DNA of 47,935 bases, taken from the UHGV virus genome UHGV-0184477; one strand, given 5' to 3'. This document shows positions 1 through 8,087 of the stretch, piece by piece. Each line of letters begins with the position of its first letter. Position 1 is the stretch's first letter. This DNA comes from a virus. The notes beneath the pieces were generated by a model that was not told the DNA's origin, ran no database searches, and saw nothing but the letters and a program-made list of their open reading frames with translations. Position numbers and translations under genes: made by a program.

Positions 1-13
1 TTGGGGGTTATCA

Positions 14-831
14 TGGCTGTCAGGTACGAAATAAACACAACTCCGGATGACGGAGAGATTTTGCTTAGCGAAACCATGTCAGCAGACTGGACTGCATTGC
101 AGGTGCAGATTGTGCCATTAAACTCTTCCGGCGGCTATGAGCCATTAACAAGCGGCTCTGTTTCCGTAATGGTATCGCCGTTTGCATCTGGTGATTTCTG
201 GATTGACGTCAACAACAATAATTATTATGGCGTGGCATTGCGACTGAAGGTGATCAAGTCACAGCTTCCTGCTGGCGTTGCATCCCTGAAAGTCCTGGTG
301 TGGCGAGCCGATACATCAGTGCCATCAAGTCAGGTTGTCGCGCAGTCCTACTCTGAGCTTGCCAACAAGCAAGGGAAGTTATTCACCGCATCGCGCCGCG
401 TGACCGATGTTGCTGGCGGGGCTAACCTTGACAGCATTTTTATTACCGGCTCAAAACAGGTCGTTTTTAATCAGCGCATCATTGGTTACACCGGCAAAGG
501 TGTCGTAGCGTCAATCTACCGTGGAGCCGTAGCCACTGGCGGCACCGCTGCGGAGATTAATAACCCAAATGATATCGCGCCGCATACTGCAACAGCGCAG
601 CTTCTTACTGGCTCTACGGTTACAAGTATCGGCCAGCTGACGGTGGCCGCGACGTATAGTGAAGGGAACGCATCAAACCAGGGGCAGGGTAATTCGCAGG
701 CAAAACTCGGTGAACAGGTCATCATGGCGCCTAATACCACCTATCTGTTGCGCATTACGTCACTGGATACTGCGGCACAAAATATCAATGCTTACGTTTC
801 GTGGTTTGAGGATGACGCTTATCTTCCGTGA
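14..831 (+). CDS. Hypothetical protein (272 aa), first gene after the capsid module, possibly virion-associated
   Basis: ATG at 14 preceded by a GGGGG Shine-Dalgarno sequence. The ORF continues across the window edge from a TTG at 1. Position between the capsid and connector genes. I recognise no motifs. Confidence 0.45.
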
Positions 832-860
832 TAAAAGAAAAGCCCCGAAAGGGGCTTTGT

Positions 861-1190
861 TTACTTATGGTCGCGAATTTGAATGAGATTATCAATCAGC
901 CGCTGGATTGCGGCGTTATCTTTAAATGTGATGTAAATTTCAGGATCATCAGTATCATTAATTTTATCGCCGGGAATGCCTCGATTTATGCTATTCGCAA
1001 AAGCTATTAACTTTTCACCATGGCAATAGCCAGCTGTAATGCCGACGTAACCATCGCCAAGATGGGCAACTTTTGAGCCATCATTCTGAGTAAAAACGCC
1101 ATTCTTTTTCATCACTAAATCCTCATCGGAATAACTGCTATTTTTTGTTCTTGATGTAATGTTGCTTTGCGATATACAGCATCTCATCAA
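861..1190 (-). CDS. Hypothetical protein (up to 109 aa; start uncertain)
   Basis: Minus-strand ORF in a co-oriented cluster downstream of the ParB-like gene. No recognisable motifs. Confidence 0.3.
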   Translation of the reverse strand: MMRCCISQSNITSRTKNSSYSDEDLVMKKNGVFTQNDGSKVAHLGDGYVGITAGYCHGEKLIAFANSINRGIPGDKINDTDDPEIYITFKDNAAIQRLIDNLIQIRDHK

Positions 1191-1338
1191 ATGATTTTCC
1201 GGTAACGCTTCGGCATTGTCGATAGTGTTGTAACGCAGCCTCTATAGCCGCGTTGTCGATGCCTGGCAGTTTTTCGCGCAGGTTTTTCTCTATGAATTGT
1301 TCGGGTTTCATTACCAACTCTCCACCACATTTGCGCAT
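1138..1338 (-). CDS. Hypothetical small protein (66 aa)
   Basis: Minus ORF tightly packed with its neighbours. Confidence 0.35.
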   Translation of the reverse strand: MRKCGGELVMKPEQFIEKNLREKLPGIDNAAIEAALQHYRQCRSVTGKSFDEMLYIAKQHYIKNKK

Positions 1339-1508
1339 TCATCATAAAATAAGAAATGCCTTGTTTTTTCTTCGTAACGCTTCATTTCAAATGCGATTAT
1401 GTCCTCCTGATAGTGAATTTTCTCCACCTGGCGAGCCACGCCGTCTCGCATTAGGATGTGATCGCCTTCTTTTATGTTTTTTGCAACAGTGCCAATTGTA
1501 ATCATCAC
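1311..1508 (-). CDS. Hypothetical small protein (65 aa)
   Basis: Minus ORF. Its start overlaps the ParB-like gene stop (ATGA-type coupling). Confidence 0.35.
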   Translation of the reverse strand: MMITIGTVAKNIKEGDHILMRDGVARQVEKIHYQEDIIAFEMKRYEEKTRHFLFYDECANVVESW

Positions 1509-2320
1509 AGCTTCTCCAGAATCGCCAGCACTTCATTCAGTTCAGCAGAGGGAAGGCGCAAAAATTCTTCTGTTTCCTGTGCCACGTGACCCTCAGCAAC
1601 AACCATGTGATCTGCTTCTTTCAGCAACTGAATCAGGCGGTCAATCGGCTTAACTTTTTTGGCCTTGAGCGTTTTCGCCGTCACCTTATCTTTGCCCTGC
1701 GCTTTCGCTTCCTCAACAGCAGCATCAATAACGTTAACGGCATCATCGCCATGCTCACGTGCGACTGCAACGGCGTTGGCATAGCTGATTTGGCCTGCAT
1801 TGATGCGTTGCTTGATAGCATCAGGCACATCACCAAGTGACAGATGCATCTGCACATCAGAAACTGAGCGGCCTACTTTTTTGGCGATTTCTTCATTCGT
1901 CCATCCGAACCCCTTCAGGCGCACATAAGCCTTTGCACGCTCAAGCGGGTCGAGTTGCTTACCCTGACTGGATGACACCATGAAGGCGATTTTATCCGCT
2001 TCATCGCCGGTGAAGTCTTTGCACTCAATGCGCACAATTGGTACGCCGCGCTCAATGGCGCGCAGTGCGCCAAGATAACGATGCTGGCCGTCAAGAATCT
2101 TGATTCTCTTTCCGTCAGCATCAGGAATAACAGTTAACGCCGGGATTGGTTGGCCTGATTCCCAGCACTGCGCGAAGTATTCAACGTGCTGCTCATCGGC
2201 TTCGCGGATGTTGTATCCCGGCTCAAGATAAAGCTGATCGACAGGAACCTGATAACCTTTGTTGACCACGATTCCGCCGCGAGTTTCTTTGTCTGAGTAA
2301 ATTTTTCCGAGAGATGTCAT
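1505..2320 (-). CDS. ParB-like nuclease-domain protein with C-terminal HTH (271 aa)
   Basis: N-terminal ILDGQHRYLGALRA segment matches the ParB/Srx (ParBc) arginine-containing box, followed by a ParB-type HTH (EEIAKKVGRSVSDVQMHLSL). Start refined to the ATG at 2320, which has a GAGGAAAAG Shine-Dalgarno sequence (MTSLGKIY...). Confidence 0.7.
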   Translation of the reverse strand: MTSLGKIYSDKETRGGIVVNKGYQVPVDQLYLEPGYNIREADEQHVEYFAQCWESGQPIPALTVIPDADGKRIKILDGQHRYLGALRAIERGVPIVRIECKDFTGDEADKIAFMVSSSQGKQLDPLERAKAYVRLKGFGWTNEEIAKKVGRSVSDVQMHLSLGDVPDAIKQRINAGQISYANAVAVAREHGDDAVNVIDAAVEEAKAQGKDKVTAKTLKAKKVKPIDRLIQLLKEADHMVVAEGHVAQETEEFLRLPSAELNEVLAILEKL

Positions 2321-2327
2321 CTTTTCC

Positions 2328-2444
2328 TCACTTTGATAAACAGATTGCACTGGCAATAGCGAATCCGATAACAATTAATGCCAGCTTGATTTTGAACTTG
2401 CCCCACGCCTTCAGGTCTTCTTTTCGGATTTCGTGGCGGATCAT
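2328..2444 (-). CDS. Small single-TM membrane protein (38 aa), not in the ORF track
   Basis: ATG at 2444 with a GGAG Shine-Dalgarno sequence 8 nt upstream. Translates to MIRHEIRKEDLKAWGKFKIKLALIVIGFAIASAICLSK and ends 8 nt before the ParB-like start. Confidence 0.35.
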   Translation of the reverse strand: MIRHEIRKEDLKAWGKFKIKLALIVIGFAIASAICLSK

Positions 2445-2722
2445 TGTGATTCTCCATTCTGAAAAATTCCACCAAACTCCTCAACAAGCTCATCAATGAC
2501 CTCATCAGCTTCCGCACTCATACCGGCAGCTGATAGCAAAATGTCAACGACCTCCTCATCTGGCACTTCAATTGCTGACATAAATTCAACGATGCATAAT
2601 TTAACAGCCTGATATTCTTGCTCATGGAGGCAGTTTGCAAGGCTGCATGAAACGGCGGCAATCAGTTTTGCCTTATCTTCTGCTTGGTTGTCTACATCAA
2701 ACATCTTCATCACCCCTAACAT
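2441..2722 (-). CDS. Acidic hypothetical protein (93 aa)
   Basis: Minus ORF. AGGGGTGA Shine-Dalgarno sequence near its start. Highly acidic C-terminus (DEVIDELVEEF). Confidence 0.45.
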   Translation of the reverse strand: MLGVMKMFDVDNQAEDKAKLIAAVSCSLANCLHEQEYQAVKLCIVEFMSAIEVPDEEVVDILLSAAGMSAEADEVIDELVEEFGGIFQNGESQ

Positions 2723-2743
2723 TTATTGTTGTTTCTACGTCAT

Positions 2744-2772
2744 CACTATAGCGACACCCTCAATCTACGTCA
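2744..2772 (-). promoter_or_regulatory. Leftward sigma70-like promoter TTGACG-17-TATAGT carrying the GTAGATT motif
   Basis: On the minus strand: TTGACG (2772-2767), a 17-nt spacer beginning TAGATTG, then TATAGT (2749-2744). A conserved 12-mer TTATGATAAAAT lies at 2777-2788. Confidence 0.55.
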
Positions 2773-2934
2773 ACACTTTATGATAAAATTAAACCAACAA
2801 CACTCAACCCGCGCTGTTCCGTCCTGAAAAACGTAAGGCGGCGAAATTGGATATAGCAATCGGCGTTATCGTCATGGCGCTTTCGCTGGTTCAGGTGTAC
2901 AGATGCTGGAAGTTCATCATTCGGAGAATAATTA

Positions 2935-3222
2935 ATGAGAGACGCGCTTCAGCACGCCGCAAACCAGATAATTAGTGGCACTGTCGGCCAGGTAATCGAC
3001 AAAGCCGGTTATACCTCCATCGGCACGGGTCTTGGCCTGAAGGTGGCAGAGCAGACGCCGGTCGCACAATCATACATTGCCTCAATGATCCCCCATTCGA
3101 TTACCGAGTGGGCAGCGGTAGCCTCTATACTTGGCGCGCTGTCACTGGTGGCAAAAAACCTTTTTGAGATGTGGTGGAAGATTCGGGAGAGCAAAAAGAA
3201 TGGCAGCACCGACAGCAAGTGA
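2935..3222 (+). CDS. Small membrane protein (95 aa)
   Basis: GGAGAATAATTA-ATG Shine-Dalgarno arrangement. Hydrophobic segment WAAVASILGALSLVA. Confidence 0.45.
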   Translation: MRDALQHAANQIISGTVGQVIDKAGYTSIGTGLGLKVAEQTPVAQSYIASMIPHSITEWAAVASILGALSLVAKNLFEMWWKIRESKKNGSTDSK

Positions 3223-3592
3223 ACTTGTCGCCGCCATGGCGTCAAGAGGCGTGACTATCACCACAGCAGACGCAACGGGAATCCTGTGTCTGGTGGCGAG
3301 CATCACAGAGTGTCTTGAGCTTAATTACCCTGAAGACACATGTAGGCAGGATGCAATTCTGCTATGGGCCTCAATCCTTATCGCCTCAAATACAGCCGGA
3401 AGATACATAACCAGCCACCGGGCGCCATCTGGTGCGTCGCAGTCATTTGGCTATGGCAGTAAGCCGTGGATGGCCCTTTACAATCAGATGAAGCTACTCG
3501 ATACGGCAGACTGCACAGGCGACCTTGTGGAAGAGCCTGATGGGGCAGCAAAGCCGTGGTTTCGTGTTGTCACCGGGAGTAAGTGCAGATGA
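3200..3592 (+). CDS. Putative head-tail connector / DNA-packaging adaptor (130 aa)
   Basis: Start refined to the ATG at 3200, which has a GGGAGAG Shine-Dalgarno sequence. Position and size fit a gp6-like connector. Weak call, not based on motifs. Confidence 0.35.
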   Translation: MAAPTASELVAAMASRGVTITTADATGILCLVASITECLELNYPEDTCRQDAILLWASILIASNTAGRYITSHRAPSGASQSFGYGSKPWMALYNQMKLLDTADCTGDLVEEPDGAAKPWFRVVTGSKCR

Positions 3593-3710
3593 AAACGTCA
3601 ACATTAACTGTAAATATCGCAATCCGTAAATGGTGCATGCCGCTGCTGGTTATTCTGGTATTGCTGCGCCTTCCTGTTCCGCGCTGGATTTATACTCTTG
3701 AGGCCGCACC

Positions 3711-4055
3711 ATGTCAGCGATAGCGAGATGGAGCTATACGCAGCCATGCACAATCTGGCGGCTTACTGGCAAGGATAAGTATGGCAAGCCAACATTCGCC
3801 GCGCCAGAGCCCATCATGTGTGATTATGGCTTCGATAAGAATCTGACCACCGGCACAGCTGGCAATGAGATTGCACAGAAAAACACATTCTGGACGGAAT
3901 ACCAGGATGCGTCTGTTGGCGACTTCATCATGCTTGGCACCATTACCAGTGCTGACCCGCTGGCCGCTGGAGCTGACCAGATTAGAAACGTCGTGAATTA
4001 CGGCAATACGCTAGACCGCAACGACCTGCCTGATTTTGCGCTGGTAACGGGGTAA
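3711..4055 (+). CDS. Putative head-closure / head-tail joining protein (114 aa)
   Basis: Size and position in the connector gene series. Loose resemblance to head-closure family proteins. Confidence 0.4.
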   Translation: MSAIARWSYTQPCTIWRLTGKDKYGKPTFAAPEPIMCDYGFDKNLTTGTAGNEIAQKNTFWTEYQDASVGDFIMLGTITSADPLAAGADQIRNVVNYGNTLDRNDLPDFALVTG

Positions 4056-4132
4056 TGCATGAGCAGAAGAGAGAGCCTTTTAAGATGCGCGCAGCTTAAT
4101 CTTGACTTAATGAGATTAGGCATTGAACCCAT

Positions 4133-4576
4133 TTGGCAACTGCACTACTGGATAAAATAATGGCCGCCAAAATGCGAGGTATCCAGCAGGCGATTAAGCG
4201 CACCCAGCAGATAGTCGGTGAGATTACTGGCGAGAAGGCGGTATCAGCAATAAAAGCCGCCAACTATATCATCAGGACTGAATCGGCTTCCATGACGCCA
4301 GTAGCTACATCGGTGCTGATAAACAGCCAGTATGATACTGTTGAGGTTAATGGCACTCGCATAACTGGCAAGATTGGGTATGCAGCTAATTATGCCCTGT
4401 ATGTCCACAATGCACCAGGTAAACTGCTGGGTACGAACACGCCACGCACAGGGAGACTCAAAGGAAAGGGTAACGTGTGGGATAAAAGCGGCGAGCCTAA
4501 ATTCCTTCTCAAGGCTGGCGAAAACACACGCGAGCTTGTCGATCAGGTAATTAAAAAAGAGATGACGCTAAAATGA
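4133..4576 (+). CDS. HK97 gp10-like neck/tail-component protein (147 aa)
   Basis: Position after the head-closure gene. Size and composition typical of the gp10 family. Confidence 0.45.
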   Translation: MATALLDKIMAAKMRGIQQAIKRTQQIVGEITGEKAVSAIKAANYIIRTESASMTPVATSVLINSQYDTVEVNGTRITGKIGYAANYALYVHNAPGKLLGTNTPRTGRLKGKGNVWDKSGEPKFLLKAGENTRELVDQVIKKEMTLK

Positions 4577-4956
4577 GAGATATGCTTGAGCTTGTTGACC
4601 AGTACCTTAGCGATGCCGGTCTTTATGATGGGTGGACTTCTCAGCTTGAGTTCTGGAACGATACCGAAGTTGGCACCGATCGGTTTATGGTGCTGCAATC
4701 CAATGGCGGTACGAACGTAAGCAAAGACCTCAGCAATGATTATTATTTTTCGCTCTACGTTGTCGGACAGCAGGGCCAGTACAACATCGAGGAGACAAAA
4801 GCAAAAGCGCTTGATGTCATCGCATACATCAAGGAGCATCCAGTTGATAGTTGTATTGGCATGATTCAGTTGCAGGCGCCGCTTGGTCGCCCTACGCTTA
4901 CGACAGAGAAAAGGCCTGTTTATGAGTTGTTGCTGAGGGTTGTTTTTGGTGAATAG
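4573..4956 (+). CDS. Putative tail terminator / tail-completion protein (127 aa)
   Basis: ATGA overlap with the previous gene. It is the last connector gene before the major tail gene. Confidence 0.4.
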   Translation: MRDMLELVDQYLSDAGLYDGWTSQLEFWNDTEVGTDRFMVLQSNGGTNVSKDLSNDYYFSLYVVGQQGQYNIEETKAKALDVIAYIKEHPVDSCIGMIQLQAPLGRPTLTTEKRPVYELLLRVVFGE

Positions 4957-4982
4957 AAAAGGCCGCTGATGAGCGGCTTTTA
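4957..4982. terminator. Bidirectional rho-independent terminator
   Basis: AAAAGGCCGCTGATGAGCGGCTTTT hairpin with flanking A/T runs, between converging genes. Confidence 0.7.
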
Positions 4983-5165
4983 GTAGTCATTACTACATAA
5001 TAAATAATCAATGGCATCGCCAAGATATTCGAATCGGGCATCATATCGCCCATTAGCATTTGCGACAACATACCACTTCCCGACCTTTGATATACCAGCA
5101 ATCCTGCTGTTATTTTTGTCAGCTATGCGCCAGTAATCATCGTGGATTTTTTGGATTTGTATCAT
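4980..5165 (-). CDS. Hypothetical antisense small protein (61 aa) within the connector/tail region
   Basis: Start refined to the ATG at 5165 (MIQIQKIHDDYWRIADK...), which has a GGTGAG Shine-Dalgarno sequence. The ORF ends at the bidirectional terminator. Confidence 0.35.
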   Translation of the reverse strand: MIQIQKIHDDYWRIADKNNSRIAGISKVGKWYVVANANGRYDARFEYLGDAIDYLLCSNDY

Positions 5166-5624
5166 TGCGCTCACCGAATATGGTTCCCGCGACAGGATTC
5201 GAATTATTGTTGTGGCCCTGGTGCCTCCAGGTTGCTGGTCGGTAAATCCAGCAGGCATACCCACAAAAGGAGCATATTTCTACCTTGCCACGTGCGCATA
5301 GCCGCATTACCACAACGGAAAGAGCACTCCAGGACTTACCACACGTACTTTTGCGCATAGGTCGTCACCAGTGCGGGCGTGTCCCCTGAAGCTACCTGAC
5401 AATGCTCTTACCTGTTGTGTGCCCATTATTAATCACACCGGGCCAGTGCGCCGAATTCATTGACAAGGAGTCGGAAGACCTTGCTGGTGTTTGGCCGTTA
5501 GGCTACTGCCAGATACATTTCTTCGTTTGCATTTATCTTTGTGGTCAGTTTCTAAAAACCCGCAAAGTCGCTTACGAAAACTATCTGCCATTTAATCTAC
5601 ACCACCAATAAAAACCTGTCAACA

Positions 5625-5667
5625 TGATATAATGCGATTGTTTAGCTAAACAGAGAGGATTCTAAAC
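5625..5667 (+). promoter_or_regulatory. Extended -10 promoter (TGATATAAT) and RBS for the major tail gene
   Basis: TGATATAAT at 5625-5633 is an exact extended -10. An AGAGAGGA Shine-Dalgarno sequence sits 8 nt before the ATG at 5668. It lies at the end of a ~400 bp apparently non-coding stretch. Confidence 0.5.
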
Positions 5668-6423
5668 ATGGCTATTTGTGCAAATGATAACGGCATCATC
5701 ACAGGTCGCCAGTCGCTCATCGAGCTGGCTGATGGCTGCTGGGATGCTGTGCCAGCAGAGGAAGACTGGAAGTTTTTTGCTCCCATGACCTCAAAAGGCG
5801 TCGACTTCAGCCCAAGCACCACTACCTCAGAGGCTGATGATGGCGATGGCTTTGTCGCAACGCTGGTCACTACCGCAGACCTCACCATTTCCGGTGATTT
5901 TGAAGTTCGCAAGGCTGACAAGGCTGATGAGTATGGCGTGCATAACCTCATCAAATACTTTGTAACCGAAGTAAAAGCTCGTCGCCAGCCGTCACTGTGG
6001 GTTCGCCAGACCACTGGTAATACCGTTGTCGTTGCTTACTGCAACATTACCGCACTGAGCTACGATGGCGGCACCAATGACATCATCACCGGCTCGGTTG
6101 AATTTAAGCCGTATGATGGCTCTACCGTTGACGTGTCGAGCATCGAAGATTTGACGCTGACCACTGATATCAGTGCAACCAAAAGCGTTGCTACTGGCGC
6201 CACTCTGACGCTCGGCCCGGTAGTTGCAGCTGGCGGTGTCGAGCCTTATACCTACCAATGGTATAAAGGCACTTCGCCGATCAGCAGTGCTACTACCGAC
6301 ACGTTCACCAAGGACGATGCTGCCGCAGGTGATGCTGGTACGTACTTCTGCCGCGTGATGGATTCGGCAACCAGTCCTGATTACGTTGACTCCACCAAGT
6401 GTGTTGTTACCGTCACGCAATAA
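5668..6423 (+). CDS. Major tail protein with C-terminal Ig-like (Big_2-type) domain (251 aa)
   Basis: The C-terminal ~80 aa (TLTLGPVVAAGGVEPYTYQWYKG...GTYFCRVMDSATS...VTVTQ) is a classic bacterial Ig-like domain, as in lambda gpV-type tail tube proteins. Strong promoter and RBS, and a position ahead of the chaperone and tape measure genes. Confidence 0.7.
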   Translation: MAICANDNGIITGRQSLIELADGCWDAVPAEEDWKFFAPMTSKGVDFSPSTTTSEADDGDGFVATLVTTADLTISGDFEVRKADKADEYGVHNLIKYFVTEVKARRQPSLWVRQTTGNTVVVAYCNITALSYDGGTNDIITGSVEFKPYDGSTVDVSSIEDLTLTTDISATKSVATGATLTLGPVVAAGGVEPYTYQWYKGTSPISSATTDTFTKDDAAAGDAGTYFCRVMDSATSPDYVDSTKCVVTVTQ

Positions 6424-6451
6424 AAAAACCCCCGAAAGGGGGTTTATTTTA
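6424..6451. terminator. Bidirectional rho-independent terminator
   Basis: AAAAAACCCCCGAAAGGGGGTTTATTTT. Confidence 0.85.
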
Positions 6452-6665
6452 ATGTCCAGCTAATATTATTGAGGAAGAAATCGCTACGAACTCTTTTTAC
6501 TAATCCTCGCTTTTCCATATCCTTTAATTTCCTCAGCACTGATGGCGTATCTATTCCTTTATACGTGTAAGAGAGCAGATTTCTAACGTAATATGTAGGT
6601 TCACCATTGCGCATTTTACCAAGGCACTTCAAAACATCATAATCCTGAATAAGCGCTATTCTCAT
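6444..6665 (-). CDS. Small putative winged-helix DNA-binding protein (73 aa)
   Basis: Segment DTPSVLRKLKDMEKRGLVKRV resembles a wHTH recognition helix and wing. Last gene of a four-gene antisense operon. Confidence 0.4.
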   Translation of the reverse strand: MRIALIQDYDVLKCLGKMRNGEPTYYVRNLLSYTYKGIDTPSVLRKLKDMEKRGLVKRVRSDFFLNNISWTLK

Positions 6666-6815
6666 GCTTTCCTCGTCTTGTTCTTAATGCCCCACAAAAT
6701 AAGATTAGCAATAAACTCAGAGCGCCTCAGGTGAATTGCTATCGCGTAGCTTATGTCGATGCGCTGTCCTGCATATGCAGATATCACATCTTCATCGTCT
6801 TTGTTAACTGGCATT
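6663..6815 (-). CDS. Small ORF (50 aa), not in the ORF track
   Basis: ATG at 6815 with a GGAG Shine-Dalgarno sequence 8 nt upstream. Its stop overlaps the next start (ATGA). Confidence 0.3.
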
Positions 6816-7151
6816 TTTGGACTCCTGCATTTTCAGGAAAACTATCATTGCAGCTCGGAGTGGGTTGTCATTAAAGTGATATGACTCATTGAGGTAAAAT
6901 GCTTCTGCTCCCCAACGGCCTCTACCATCATTTTCGCTCATTGCGTAAATGCTTATTTTATTTGCGGTGATTATCGTCCATGCATCTGCCGGGTTTTTAC
7001 ATGGGTTAAAAGCATGCCAATTCGCGCCGTCACCCCAATGCACAGCCATATCATTATATGGGAGTCTTGATATGCAGTCGTAGTCGACCACAATCTCTGC
7101 AACACGCAAATTAATCTCAAAATCACTCATCTTGCTGTAATCAGTGCTCAT
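6804..7151 (-). CDS. DUF2591-like phage protein (115 aa)
   Basis: LRVAEIV...HWGDG...W..P...AW.I pattern is reminiscent of DUF2591 phage proteins. ATGA coupling on both sides. Confidence 0.4.
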   Translation of the reverse strand: MSTDYSKMSDFEINLRVAEIVVDYDCISRLPYNDMAVHWGDGANWHAFNPCKNPADAWTIITANKISIYAMSENDGRGRWGAEAFYLNESYHFNDNPLRAAMIVFLKMQESKNAS

Positions 7152-7282
7152 CTCTTATCCTCCACCACTACGCCAATCTTCGCCAGCAACAAAATCGCCT
7201 TTACACGGGCCTCTTCATAGGTGTAACCCTGGTCAATGTAAAGGTCGATGTAAAATCTCAAATCAGCATCAGTCTCGTTCAT
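7148..7282 (-). CDS. Small ORF (44 aa), not in the ORF track
   Basis: ATG at 7282 (MNETDADLRFYIDLY...). Its TGA overlaps the ATG of the 115-aa gene. First gene of the antisense operon. Confidence 0.3.
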   Translation of the reverse strand: MNETDADLRFYIDLYIDQGYTYEEARVKAILLLAKIGVVVEDKR

Positions 7283-7295
7283 ATGTCAAACCCTC

Positions 7296-7351
7296 AATCA
7301 CCTTATGCTTTCAATCTACGTCAGTCTTGCGCCACCTGTCAATGGTATAAT
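7296..7351. promoter_or_regulatory. Divergent promoter region: leftward CTGACGTAGATTG motif and rightward extended -10 TGGTATAAT
   Basis: Motif copy at 7312-7324 and a second TACGTCA at 7352-7358. On the plus strand, TGGTATAAT at 7343-7351 lies upstream of the chaperone/tape-measure operon start at 7380. Confidence 0.5.
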
Positions 7352-7379
7352 TACGTCATTGTGAAAACAGGATTTAGAC

Positions 7380-8087
7380 ATGAGACAACGCACACCGCTA
7401 ACAGAAATAGGAGAGATGCGCATCTCCCTGGATGACAAGTCTTTTTTCTTCAAACCATCATTTGCGGCGATGAATGAGCTTGGCTCACCGAAAGAGATTG
7501 TCGAGCTGTACGCTACGCTTAATGGGTATGAATACGCTGCCATACTCGGCGCCATTCAGTCAATGCCGTATGGCGCGCAGATTCAGATTGCAAAAATCCT
7601 GTCACGTCCTGTTTATGGCAAGAAAGTGCTCAGCGCCGCCTGTCTCATCATGCAGTCTTGTTGCGATGATGATATCTCGGTGCTCATTGGATCATGGAAG
7701 CCGACTCCGCGCGGTGTTAAGTACGTCACCGGACGAATGCCAGTAAATGACATTATTATTATTGCTCGAAACCTGATGGATCATGGCATCATCGGCAAGT
7801 CTCCGCTCAAGGTTCCTCAGCGCTCGGAAAACCAAAAGCGCACAACCAGTGAGTTGAGAATGTCGGATTACATCATCTCTGCTCGCACTCATTTCGGAAT
7901 CACCCGCGAGGAAGCCGAAGACCTGACCATGACCGAGTATCAGCAGATGATAAAATCAAAATACCCGGAACCGGAAGGCATGACGCGCGAGCAGTATGAT
8001 GCGTCTTATGAGCGGGCTAAGCTGAATAAACAGAAAATGAAAGAGAAAGCCGCCAGAAAGGCCGCTAAAAGCAAAGGAGCAAAATAA
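7380..8087 (+). CDS. Putative tail assembly chaperone (235 aa; possible G/GT-type frameshift arrangement)
   Basis: Immediately upstream of the tape measure gene. A second overlapping frame (7474-7746) is present. The C-terminus is lysine-rich. Call is positional. Confidence 0.45.
   Translation: MRQRTPLTEIGEMRISLDDKSFFFKPSFAAMNELGSPKEIVELYATLNGYEYAAILGAIQSMPYGAQIQIAKILSRPVYGKKVLSAACLIMQSCCDDDISVLIGSWKPTPRGVKYVTGRMPVNDIIIIARNLMDHGIIGKSPLKVPQRSENQKRTTSELRMSDYIISARTHFGITREEAEDLTMTEYQQMIKSKYPEPEGMTREQYDASYERAKLNKQKMKEKAARKAAKSKGAK

Noticed and set aside
3590-3724. 44-aa hydrophobic ORF (MKTSTLTVNIAIRKWCMPLLVILVLLRLPVPRW...) between the connector genes
   Set aside because: It has no convincing Shine-Dalgarno sequence. 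It overlaps the RBS region of the 3711 gene and is short. It could be real but the support is too weak to list.
5160-5260. tRNA-like T-loop sequence (GGATTCGAAT ... ACCA on the opposite strand)
   Set aside because: I could not fold it into a cloverleaf. The T-stem and acceptor-stem partners do not pair, and the region is inside a plausible minus-strand ORF. No tRNA is called.
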